Shown here: positions 1-11,400 of the stretch, one piece after another
How positions within the stretch are numbered: the stretch's first letter is position 1
Layout: each line of letters opens with the position of its first letter
Translations under genes and position numbers: made by a program
The notes under the pieces: model-generated
Databases searched by the model: none
What the model was told of the DNA's origin: nothing
What the model saw: the letters and a program-made list of their open reading frames with translations, nothing else
From: Candidatus Parcubacteria bacterium
Lineage (GTDB): Bacteria > Patescibacteriota > Patescibacteriia > Patescibacteriales > BM507
Direction: 5' to 3'
DNA: 64,000 nt
Assembly (NCBI GenBank): GCA_002869265.1
Contig: PKTH01000040.1
Coordinates: forward strand, 5,120 to 69,119

Positions 1-526
1 ATATTTTTTGAAAATTTTTCCAAGTAAAATTCTTTTGCAAAGGCTCTATTCCGTATTTGTTTTTGATAATATCCAACTCGTCCTTAGTAACGATTTTCAT
101 ATAACCAAATTGTCTCATATCGTTAAAATACAAAATCTCCTTTTCACCAAAGTAAAAGATAATATGAGAGAATTTATTTGGCAGACCTTTCTCGAGACCC
201 CCCATTCTATATCTCTTGGACTCTTCTTTCGAGTTAGCATGTCCTCCGGCAACCAAAGAATTATGTCCAACAAAAATAAACTGACCCGTCATTTTCAAAT
301 GGACCAATAAATATTTTTCTTTCTTTCCTTTCCTGAAAGAAAAAATTAAAAGTTTCCCGATCCTGTCTATTTCAAAAAAGGATGCCCCCAAAAGGTCTTT
401 TTTAAAATTAGTATAAGAGCTCTTTACTAACTTGGGCTTCTTAATAACTATTTTGGATATTTTTTTGTTTAAGACTTTTTGTGACAAATCATTTTTGATT
501 GTCTCCACTTCTGGTAATTCTGGCAT
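1..526 (-). CDS. mutM: Formamidopyrimidine-DNA glycosylase (Fpg/MutM), N-terminal ~175 codons; the 3' end lies beyond the window start
   Basis: Reverse translation from the ATG at 524-526 gives MPELPEVETIKNDL..., the canonical Fpg N-terminus. The frame stays open to position 1. It is absent from the supplied ORF track because it has no in-window stop. Confidence 0.85.
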   Translation of the reverse strand, partial: MPELPEVETIKNDLSQKVLNKKISKIVIKKPKLVKSSYTNFKKDLLGASFFEIDRIGKLLIFSFRKGKKEKYLLVHLKMTGQFIFVGHNSLVAGGHANSKEESKRYRMGGLEKGLPNKFSHIIFYFGEKEILYFNDMRQFGYMKIVTKDELDIIKNKYGIEPLQKNFTWKNFQKI

Positions 527-527
527 A

Positions 528-1061
528 TCAAAAAATTATTTTCTTTAGCTCTCTTCTTCTTTCTAGGTGATCTGGAATATTTCTAGACACTTGATCCCAG
601 AACCTTCTTGAGTGATTCATCTCTGAAATATGACAAAGCTCATGAGTAATAATATAGTCAGATAGCCTCTGTGGCAGGCTGATTATTCTATAATTAAAAT
701 TTAGATTTCTATCACTCGAGCAAGAGCCCCATCTACTTTTATGATTTTTAATAAAGACTTTATTATAATCAAAATTGTAAACCTTATTTATTTCTTCCAA
801 CCTAGTAGTAATGTATTCTTTTATTTCTTCTCTTTTCCCTCTTGTTAGTTCAAAGGATTCAAGTCGAATAGCTTTGTTCTCATAATAATCAATTGACTTT
901 TTTATCCATGAACTCTTCTCTCTCATAAACTTTTCAATAGTTTTTTGAGACATTGAGAAGGGGGCAGATACCACAACGCTGGCATCGCTGTGGATGCTTA
1001 TTCTCAGTCTTTTTACTTTCTGACTTTTTTTAAGTTTATATTTTATTTTTGAGTTTTCCAT
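528..1061 (-). CDS. DUF45/YgjP-like (M48-like) metal-dependent hydrolase
   Basis: C-terminal HELCHISEMNHSRRFW carries an HExxH zinc motif in the context typical of the YgjP/DUF45 family; 177 aa. Confidence 0.75.
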   Translation of the reverse strand: MENSKIKYKLKKSQKVKRLRISIHSDASVVVSAPFSMSQKTIEKFMREKSSWIKKSIDYYENKAIRLESFELTRGKREEIKEYITTRLEEINKVYNFDYNKVFIKNHKSRWGSCSSDRNLNFNYRIISLPQRLSDYIITHELCHISEMNHSRRFWDQVSRNIPDHLERRRELKKIIF

Positions 1062-1098
1062 CTATTCTGTATCATTGGAAAAGTTCCACAAATACTGG

Positions 1099-2370
1099 TT
1101 ATTCCAACATCTTGTTATATTCTTCTAGGGTTTCTTCGAACCTTGCTCTATTGTCTTCTTTAATAGGTTCCCCTGGTGGAAGAATTTCGTTATATGGATT
1201 TACTTTTACCCCATTTTTTACCATCTCATAGTGCAAGTGTGGTCCAGTTGAGAATCCAGTTGAACCAACGTAGCCAATTATGTCTCCCTGCTTCACTTTC
1301 TGTCCATAGCTAACTGCAAACCTTGATTGATGAGCATAGTTTGTTTGGTATGTTGAGTTGTGTCTTATCTTTGTTAAGTTACCATAGCCACCAGAATTCC
1401 AGCCTGCAAAGATTACTGTTCCGTCTCCGACTGCACGGATAGGAGTTCCCAGGGGAGTAGCGTAATCGATCGCCCGATGTCCTGTTGAAACATTAAAAGC
1501 GGCCACATATCTAGACCCAGTTGTGAAGCCAGAAGAAACGTAACGGAACTCGACTGGAGCTCTTAGAAACATTTTCTGGACCGAGTTTCCTTCACTGTCA
1601 AAATAACCCATATTGTCTTCTGATTCTTCAAAGTAATACAAATTGTTCTCTTCCCCGGCGTTGATATAGCGACCTGCCAAAATCCTACCAGGCATAACAT
1701 ATTCACCATCTAGATATCTTTCTTCATAAACAAATTTAAATGTATCTCCCACACGTGGATCTAGGGCAAAATCAATTGACCACTGAAAAGCGTTCGCTAA
1801 CTCAATGATTGCTCGTTCGTCTATGTCATTCTCAAGGGCTGCCACATACATAGATGTTTTAACCTCGCCCTCTTTGGTGGTTACTTTTATCTCATAAGGA
1901 ATTTCGATAATTTCAGCAAACCAATAATTTGAAACTTCTTCACTGCTTGTGGCGATTTCTTCATTTTCTTTTTCAAAATATTTTGAATTTCTAACATGAA
2001 TCTTTTCTTCGGTGTCTATCTGATATATGAGTTCTTTAAATTCGTCTGTATCTTTGTCATAAACAAGAGTAAGTTCTCTGCCCAAACGAATTTTCACCAA
2101 GTCATAGACATCTTCCGCTGCCGCATAAATTGACATATAAACAGAGCCACCGATATCCATTTCCTCCATTAAGGAGCCGTAAGTTGAGCCTTCAGTTATT
2201 TCAATTGATTCTATTCTGTCTGTTTTCTCTGGGATAATAATTTCTTCTACTACCTGTTCGTTTTCGCTGGAAATAATCTCATTATCACGATCAAACAAAA
2301 AAGAATAGGCAAAATAGCCTACCTGAACAACTAAAAAAACTATAATTAATTTGTAAAATATTTTCTTCAT
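1099..2370 (-). CDS. M23 (LytM-type) peptidoglycan metalloendopeptidase with N-terminal membrane anchor
   Basis: HRAIDYATPLGTPIRAVGDGTV ... GSTGFSTGPHLHYEM are the M23 HxxxD and HxH motifs. I prefer the start at MKKIFYKLIIVFLV (2370), because the longer track start (2415) overlaps the upstream terminator hairpin. Confidence 0.85.
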   Translation of the reverse strand: MKKIFYKLIIVFLVVQVGYFAYSFLFDRDNEIISSENEQVVEEIIIPEKTDRIESIEITEGSTYGSLMEEMDIGGSVYMSIYAAAEDVYDLVKIRLGRELTLVYDKDTDEFKELIYQIDTEEKIHVRNSKYFEKENEEIATSSEEVSNYWFAEIIEIPYEIKVTTKEGEVKTSMYVAALENDIDERAIIELANAFQWSIDFALDPRVGDTFKFVYEERYLDGEYVMPGRILAGRYINAGEENNLYYFEESEDNMGYFDSEGNSVQKMFLRAPVEFRYVSSGFTTGSRYVAAFNVSTGHRAIDYATPLGTPIRAVGDGTVIFAGWNSGGYGNLTKIRHNSTYQTNYAHQSRFAVSYGQKVKQGDIIGYVGSTGFSTGPHLHYEMVKNGVKVNPYNEILPPGEPIKEDNRARFEETLEEYNKMLE

Positions 2371-2412
2371 ATAGACTCTATTATTATAGATTTTAACCTC
2401 AATGTCAAACGA

Positions 2413-2437
2413 CAAAAGAGCTCTTTAATTTAGCTCT
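2413..2437 (-). terminator. Rho-independent terminator after the giant ORF
   Basis: agagct/agctct 6-bp hairpin (2417-2437) followed by a short U-run on the minus strand. Confidence 0.5.
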
Positions 2438-2465
2438 AATTTATAAAATACTAATCATTAATGGT

Positions 2466-5400
2466 CTACCCACCAAGGTTTAGCCAACCAAAAGTATCCT
2501 CAAAAGTCTTAATAATAACTTGTAAAACTGATTCTTCCTTTTGTGGTGTTAGTACAGTATATTTTTTGGAATAAGAAACATTCCCAGCCTCATCAATTGA
2601 TTTAGCTTTTATTGTATAGACAGAGCCCACCCTAAAATCTGTAACAACCAAAACATGTTTGTTAGTTAAACCTCCTTCAGCTTTAACAACCTTAACCTTT
2701 GACCCGCTTGCTTCATTTTCTGAAATATCTTTTTGGACACCTTCGGCATAAATAACTTCACTACTAGATATTTCGTCTGTCTTCCAGGTTATAACAACTT
2801 GAATGCCATCTTCCTGTCCTTTAGAAATAAGTGCCATATCTGTTTTTACATATTCAATTATAGGGGCTTGGGTGTCGACCAGAGTCGTAAAGGAAAAAAG
2901 TTCTGATTCAGTAACCTGACCAAACTCATCTGAGCCCCTAATAAGAAAATCGTACTTCACTCCTGGATTGAGGTTCTTTAAAACTACAGAATGTTGGAGT
3001 GTTAGTTCGGAATTAGCTACCGTGTCCGAAACGCTGGTGTCTGAATTGATATACTCGACTTCAGAGGTCGTCCTCTGAGATGTGGTCCAAGAAATTGTTG
3101 CACTTTTGTCTGTAATATTTTCAATAGAATATCCAAGAACGTCTGGGTTAGACAGAGTTGTGAAAGTGTAGTCATCGGAAGAGATAACATCCCCTGCTCT
3201 TGTATAACCCTTAACTCTAAAATGATATGTAGTACCAGGGCTCAAATCTCCGAGACTGGCATGGTGTCCCAAAGTATAATCACTTATATCAATTACCAGG
3301 TCTTTACCGTAGTTTTGGTCAGCGCCGTATTCAAGCAGAGAGGTGGTTTGCGTGTTTGAATACCAATCTATCTCCACTGAATCTGATTTAATATTTAGAA
3401 TTGAAACTTTCGAAATAAACGGAATAATCTCAGTAGTAAAACTAATTGGATCAGAGGCACCAACATTCCCCAAAACATCAGTTGATTTACCGATAAAAGT
3501 ATAATCAGTTCCGGAGTCTAGTCCTGTTACCCGAACTTGATGATCATTAACCAATTCTTCAAAATTACCTACTTGACGAGCACTCTCAACTCCTTCTTCG
3601 GTTTTAAAATATGAAACAACCGAGTTGGCTCTTCTGTCTGTAGCCCAGAGAATTAAAGCACTTTTACTTGTAATTTCATGAACCTCTGGACCATCTCCAG
3701 TAATCAATGGCGGGGCTGTCATTTTAGCAATCGCTTCTTTTATGTCAGATTCATCAGCTTGACCAGTGGTTAAAAGTTCTGCAGCTAGCTCCTGAATCTT
3801 ACTAAGACTTTCCTCTACTTCTTCTGCCTTCTCGGGAGTAATATCATCTTCGGTGCTACCCTCCTCTCTGGTGGTAAAAGAATAGTCAGGAGAGTTGGCA
3901 ACATTTCCACTATCATCAATTGAAACTGCTGAGAAATGATAGGTCGCTAGGGGAACTAAATTCTTCAGTAGAACTGTGTGCGAGGTTGTGTTTTCTAAGA
4001 TGCTTTCCTTGTTGGTTACCGCTCCGCTATATTCGCTAGAAAGACCATAGAAAAGTGTTGAATTGGCGGGTTCGTCTGTGGTCCAAGTTATAAGGGCATA
4101 AAAATCTCCAAGTTCTGCTACCTTTACATCACTTATCACTGGAGCAACTTTGTCAGTTTTATCGATAATAATCATTCCTCCACCAGAAGTTTCTGACTCA
4201 ACTTCTTCTCTAATTTCCTCAATAGTCTCTTCTCTAATTTCCTCCTTTATCTCGACTTCACTCAAAGGTAGCGCAAATTGATTGGTAGTACTTCCAATAT
4301 TTCCAGAAAGATCTTCCGAGCTCACTCTAAAGAAATATAAATTACCAGGAACTAAACCATCAATATTTACTACATGATAAATTGTGTCTTCTTCGTCCAG
4401 CTCAAGCTCTCCATAACTTATCGTTTCTCCCCACTCCATTTTAGTGTTTGAAAGATCTCCGGTGGTTTTCCAGGTAATTGTTGCCGAACTGGTTGCGGTG
4501 GTGTAAGAAAGTGAAGAAATAACCGGGGCGGTTTCATCCTGCTCGGTAGTAAAGGTGAAAGGATCACCACTAAGAGGATATGTCTCTTCGTTGCCTAATT
4601 GATCTTGGATTCTAATCTTGTATCTATACACTTGGTTCTGAATTAAGTTGTCAATTTCCACGTTATGAGTTGCTCTATATTGTTGAGTAGAAGCTTCCTC
4701 CTTTGGTGATGTATCGATATTGGCAAGGTTGTTTTGTGTTACATATAGTATGGTGGCTATACTCGCCTCATTAGTGGTGAAAGAAATAGTGGCTGAGTCT
4801 ATGGTAGAGCTATCACTTGGGCCCACAGTAATTAGAGGAGGATCTGTATCCCCAGATTCTAAGGTACTAAAGGTGGAAAGCACTGAGTCTGGGCTTAAGA
4901 AAAATATACTACTATCTTGAGCGTCAATCGATTTGATTCTGTAATAATATTGTTGATTTTCTTCAAGCCCCTCTAATTTAAAAATATGATTCCGGGAAGG
5001 AGTTGAGGAGGTGGCGACAAAGGCAGAGGCAATGTCCGTGACCGAACTAGTAGCATAATAGATAACGGAGATATGTGGGGTGTTGGCGGTGAAACTAAGA
5101 GTGGCGGAGTCTGTGGTAACGCCCATAAGGTTGTCACTATCCGGAGTACCTGGGTTTGCAAGAGCTTCATTAGTGATGGTTCTAATGGCTGACGCAAAAC
5201 TAAATGTATTCGAAGAGTAAACAATATCAGCATTGTCGTCAGGATTAACCAATCTAATCATTGCATAATTCAAGCCAGTATCAGAGGCATTCAGTCTCGG
5301 GCTTATGTCTAGCTCATAAGTATGATTCTTCGTCGGGACAGCTATTCCCGGAATAGGGAGATCACAATCTCCAATAACAAAATTATTCGAAGGACCATCA

Positions 5401-8400
5401 ACACTAATACTAGAGTTCGCTTGGCAGAGGGTGGAGTATGTCTCAATATTAGATTTCATGGTAACAATTGCCTTGGTATCCGAAACCAATATGGTATCTA
5501 TATTCTCTTCAATGGTAATCGTGTCATAATTAACAACTTCAGCATCAGTTATAAAATTCATAGCTTCAAAAGAATGTATCCCAGAATCCACCTCGTCAGT
5601 AGCAGCAATAATTACCGAATAAGCAGTATCGATGGTAAGGCTCTCTATAAGGAAATAATGAGTTTGCCCAACTGTCCCCTCCACTCTTGTTCCAAAGGCA
5701 CAGGCTACGTTAAAGTCAGTGATGTCAGCTGTATTCGGGTTAAAAGAATCTATTTCTGTGACAGAGTCAAGCGCATAACAAATAGTGGAGCTGGCATTAG
5801 TAGTTATATAGGTGTCGTTATTTGTGGTGAAGGTCACCAGAGCTGAGTCATCGGTTTTGTGAGGAACTTTCATATTCTCTATTGAGACTAGATCTAGATG
5901 AGGGACAACTGAGGCCTCAGTTGAGAATGATCCAAGGCTAGTATAGAGCTGAGTAGTCCCATTGCCAGCATCAGTTACTCGCGCCATCATGTTATAGTTG
6001 GTACTTGGTGTTAAGCTTGAAATTGTATATGAATGAGTTTTTGACGAATCTGTTTTTGTATATTTTTGGTTTGCCAGACAATCAAGATCAAAACTGGTGC
6101 TAGCAATTTCTGTTGGAGCCTCGGAAATACACAAAGTACTTGTCGCCAGAGCATCAGTTATGAAAGTTATGACAGCCGAGTTAGGACTCGTTAAGCTGTC
6201 CGTAAAATTTGTAATCTGAGTAATCGTTGGGACTACTTGTACCGAAGCCATGGCAAATGAGACCTCATTAGAAGTAATGGGGCTTGCGTTGTTGGCTGAA
6301 CCGGCTGCCCTTGCCCTTAAGTAGTATGTAGTACCTGCTAGCAAGTTATCCTTGATGTGATAGGCGTGAAGTTTGGTAGCACTCCCTGCTCCTATTTCCA
6401 TTCGATAAAAACCCTCGGAAGAGCAATTATTGTCTTCAATCTCGGCTACACTAACTGAGCTGGTTGAATAACAAATATATGAAGTAGCATCTACATCGGT
6501 AGAAAAGGTGACAATCGCGTCTGTATCCGATATGCCCTCTGCTACTGGCAGAGAGAGAGAACCAATTGGATCTGGATCAGCTTCTTGCTGCAACTGCACT
6601 TGCTCTAATTGTGACTTAACTACAATGGTGTTATCAACTTCATCAATCGCCAAAGCCTGAAATGAATAAAGACTACCAACAGTAAGGTTGCTAGCTTTAG
6701 AAACATGAATAATAGAGCCTGTTGGGCTATCCACCTTAGTGGAACCGTTGATACAAGATTTGGTATCAGCGTCAATAAGATCTGAAGCTCCTCCTTCCAG
6801 GTAACAAACAAATGATTTAGCTAGAGCGTCTGTTTTAAAATTTACCATCACCTCCGAACCTGACCATTGCCAAAATTGACTATCAAAATCAATAATATTC
6901 TGAAGAGAGGTGTGCGATACTTGCCTCTCAAGGGTTTTAAAATTTCCTTGATATTCATAACTTGTTTCATTATAAAAATCATCTACCTTAATTTTGTATG
7001 AATAGTTTTTTAAATAATTAAACTTGTTAATTAATTTGTAGTAGTGAGTTTTGGTTATTCCCGCTCCCTCGATTACGTTTGGATTAGCCCCTCCGCTACA
7101 CTCCGTATCCCAGTCAAAATCCTCAAAGCCGTCTACACCTTGGTTATTGTTTTCATGAAAACAGAGAGTGGAGCTGGCAAGTGAAGAAAAGGCTGGTTCA
7201 ATATACACAAGTGCATCCGTGTCGGTTATCATGGCTTCAAGCGCTGAGTGGTCAGTAAAGACAATTGGTTCATAGATTGAAGAATCTGTGGTAAATGATT
7301 GAGGAGAAGAGGTGGCGTTAATCAAATTTTTGTTTTCAAAATCTATCACATAATTATAAGTAGTATTTGGTTCCAAGTCTTCAAGGAGAATCCCTGACTC
7401 AATATTGTAATCAAAGGTTTCTCTAATAAGATCTAGACTTGAGGTGCCGTAGCTAATGCTGCCGTGAGTTAAAACATTTGTACGCCAGGAAATATACGCT
7501 TTGTTGTGAGTAGCGTATTCGACAATGGAACCATCAAGTTCTGGGGCTGTTTGGTCATTAGTGGTAGTAAATTCATAATAATTAGTCGCTCCATTAACAT
7601 CGACATTTTTGTCTTCATCTAAAATAGATCCAGCATCAATCGAGCGAACAAAAAATTTGTAAGTTGAAACCCCGAGACCACTTAGCTCAACTGTGTGGTT
7701 GATATATCCATCACCATCTGTATCTTGACTGACCAAGGTGTCAGAGCCAAAAGTATTAGGATTGACCAGGGCATTATCAGCGTCAATGCCGTCATTAATA
7801 AAATCGCTGTACACAACATAAGAGCTCGCTGGAATATCAGTCTCCCATTCAATGATCGCCCGTCCGTTCAGACCAGAGGCCGTAATTGAACCAGGCACAA
7901 TATTGACTCCGTTGGTAGTCGCAAAGCTAAAACCCCCAGGATGATTTGTGTCTGTTTCTTGGGTTGTATTTCCTCCAGTGTTGTTAGTTGATTTTATCCG
8001 GAAATAATATGTCTCCCCAGGAGTTAACCCTTTAATTGTCACTTCATGATAATCAACCATTGTAGCATTGCCAACTGTGATGGCATTGGTAAAATTATTA
8101 GCTAAATATTCTGCCTCATCCACATAATCAACAGCCGAATCTGACAATTGATCAGCAGGACTAGTCCAGGTAATTGTCGCTTCACCAGAAGTAGGGCTGG
8201 CTGAGACATAAGTCAGACTTGGCCCTTCAGAACTAACTCCACCACCACCTTCACCAGGGTCTTGAGTACCATTAGCGATACCACGGAGAATTGAGGAGTC
8301 ATCGTCACCGCGAACAGAATAATATGAACGGTTGCCCACCTGATCAACTGTGACTATCCGATAGAAATATGTTTCTAAGCCAGTATAGATAACATCATTA

Positions 8401-11400
8401 TCACGATAATAATTAGTCCCTCTCTCATCAAGATGAGACAAAGACAAATCTAGATAATTTTCACTTGGATTTAATTGAGCATAGAGCTGAAAATCATTGT
8501 CTGTTGGGTTGGCTCCGGTAGTAACCGCTTTCTCGATTTCATAATATGCAAAACAGCCAACGCCGATACAGCCGTCACTAACCTCGTCCTCCATAGAACT
8601 TCTCTTCCAGGTGATAAATAAGCCTTCTTCATTGGGGGTGGTAAAAGTATTTGTAATATCTTGAATCATTACCCCTGATGGTCTCTCTGGAGTGCTTACA
8701 TATATATCAGCGGAACTTTCATTTGTTACATTACCAACCTCATCCATAAACTGCACATAGACCGAAGCTTGTTTAGTGGTAGTCTCAGGAGCAATAGACA
8801 TTTTAAAACTAACTCCTGTGGCTGTTTTGGTGTTATTGTCAGCGATCCAAGTAGCACTCGAGCCGTTTAGGCCGTCTGAGACTAAAAGACCAGAACCATC
8901 TAGACTTGAAGTGGCTGAGTAGCGATAGTATATATCAGAGTCATCATTAGCTTTAATGGTCACACAAACCTCATTGGCGTTCATTGCCCCTAGGCTAGCA
9001 CAAAGACTCGTACTAGCAGTGCTGGTTGAACCATCAAACTGTCGACCATCAACCTTAATAACATCATAAGTGCCTACACTGGTTTTATTGTTATTGATAT
9101 TTGGTTTTGTTGTGTCGATTATAAAAGGTGATGAGATAGCTCCGTCAATTTTTGTCACCTGTTTAGCTGTTCTTCCGTCATTGGCAACAACACGGAGAAT
9201 CGCGGTGTCATAATAAACCCCAGTCGAAACATCGTTTTTAAAATCCCAAACAGCTGAAAGTGAATCAGTAGTAGTTGTTCCAATCCCTGGTCCATAGTCT
9301 CCTGATAGGTTGGAGCTCGTAGCCATAATCCAGACAGTTGAATTAATTGAGTGAACAGAGGTCAGAGAATTATTTATCTCCCGAGAACATCCTTCCAACA
9401 GGTATCCCGTTCTACCCGAACAGAGAATTTGTTCTTCATCAATTTGAATATATATATCAGAAGTTTTTAGGGGGTTAGCATTATTGTCGTTAGCATTTGT
9501 ATTAGTCAAAAGAAAAGAGTCTGTTCCATAGCCTAGCTCAGCGCTCAAACGTAAACCAAGGTCTATACCATAATATATGGTCGCTGAGGAATCATCATCA
9601 TCAGACAAACCAAAACCATGAGTCCCTCCTTCATAGCTACCTATCATAAGTTTTCCGAAGTCAGAATCTTCCAGGTCATAATTCTGCCCTACGTCAAGAT
9701 CAGATCCTCCAGAAATTACTGGTCGTTTATTTACCTCATAGGTAATACCAACTTCTGAAACGTCAGCCATGTATCCAAGAGTTGAAACTATTTTTATCTT
9801 GTACTGCATGAAATAATCACCAGATCCGTCAAAAGCGAGACCAGCATTATCAACCGTGCAAAAAACCTTTGTCGCTGCCGGCGGACCGACAACGGTGCTA
9901 GTAGCACAACGAGGATGTACGTCTGTAAAAGGAGCATCAACCCATGGAGCATTCGGCCCCATCCATTCTGTGGCGTTAGCCACATCCGGAACATCGTCTG
10001 TTAGGTCTGTTGGACTAGTGTCCCCTGGCAAAATTGGCGCTGTTCGCACATACATCTCAACACTAGAACCTGGGGGCATTGTCTCTGTTTGGTGCCAATA
10101 GAAAGAATTAAAAACATTACCCTCATCACCAGAGTTATACCAAGAGGAGATAAGAGAGCCCTCCGCTCCTCCCTGTTCAGGGTCGCCAACTCGCTCAAAA
10201 CCAATTTCTACACTATCAACAGAAGGAGTGCTTGTTCTATCGCTAGAAGAAAATATTTTTACTTGATACTGGACTCTTTGCTGTTCATCAATTACACAAT
10301 TATTAGATGAAATATCTTCACCACTTGTAATCGGGTCACAATCAGCCCAGTCAGGCAAGATAAAGCCATTCGGTCCATCAATCGGATTATCACTTCCGTC
10401 GGTGAGATTAAAGGTTCGAACACGAACTTCAACGTTCTCACCGTTAACTAAAGGCGAGATATCATAAGTGGTAGTAGTATATCCAATATTTCCAGCAGCT
10501 AGGAATGGTTTAGATTCGTAAGTAGAGGAAACCGGGAAGCTATGAATAGAAGCCCCAATGTCTATAGCATTCAGGTCTGGTGTCTCAGTGCCATCTGAAG
10601 GAGTATTTAGGGTTGCTTGATACCAGAGGTATTGATCAGTTGAATCACGACAGGTGTCTGTAAGGGTTAATGAGCTGTTTGATGTTTGACTAGAAACAGA
10701 GCAATAAGTACCAGCAGTGAATGTTGGAGCCGAGGCTAAATTATGTGATTTTACTTTAAAACTTAGAGAAGAACTTTGCCCCCCGGTACCATTTGGATAT
10801 AACCCTTCCCAACTAAGACTATTCCAAACATTTTGAAAAGCAATCCCAGCATCCACATAAGAAGTATAAGTAGCTGAATTATAGTCAGGAAATGATTTAT
10901 AATAGATTGTTCCTGCGTCGCTTGAAAATCCTTGGCCCCCAGCAACGGAGACGGCTCCAGAATGTGTATCGCTTGAATACTCAATAGCAATACGACCACC
11001 ACCACCACCAGGTCCGAGATAGTGCCCAGAGGGAGGATTAAAGTTACAAGCCCCGCAATAATCTGCATCACCTCCTTTGGCAGTAATTTGTCCGTTACCT
11101 GAAATATATTTAGCAGTTATCCAGATACTTCCACCAGCCCCAGCACTATACCCGGCTGCAGTTGAGTTAATACCATCTGCGTTTATAGGACCATTTACTG
11201 CTAAAGAATTAATTGCATCCAATCGTATCACCCCACCGCCATTCCCTGCATAATTTGGAGAGGAGATATTCTTGTATATTCCTCCTTGCCCCTCTGTGGT
11301 GGGCTGAATATTAGAGCCAAAAGTAGGTTCAGCAGGTTCATAGACACATCTTTCAGAAAGTGTGGGAGGAGCACCGGCATTTTTCCAACCGCAACCCCCT

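Noticed and set aside
8-310. Plus-strand 100-aa ORF at the window start
   Set aside because: It lies antisense to the clearly recognisable fpg reading frame (MPELPEVETI...), has no SD, and its sequence is not protein-like.
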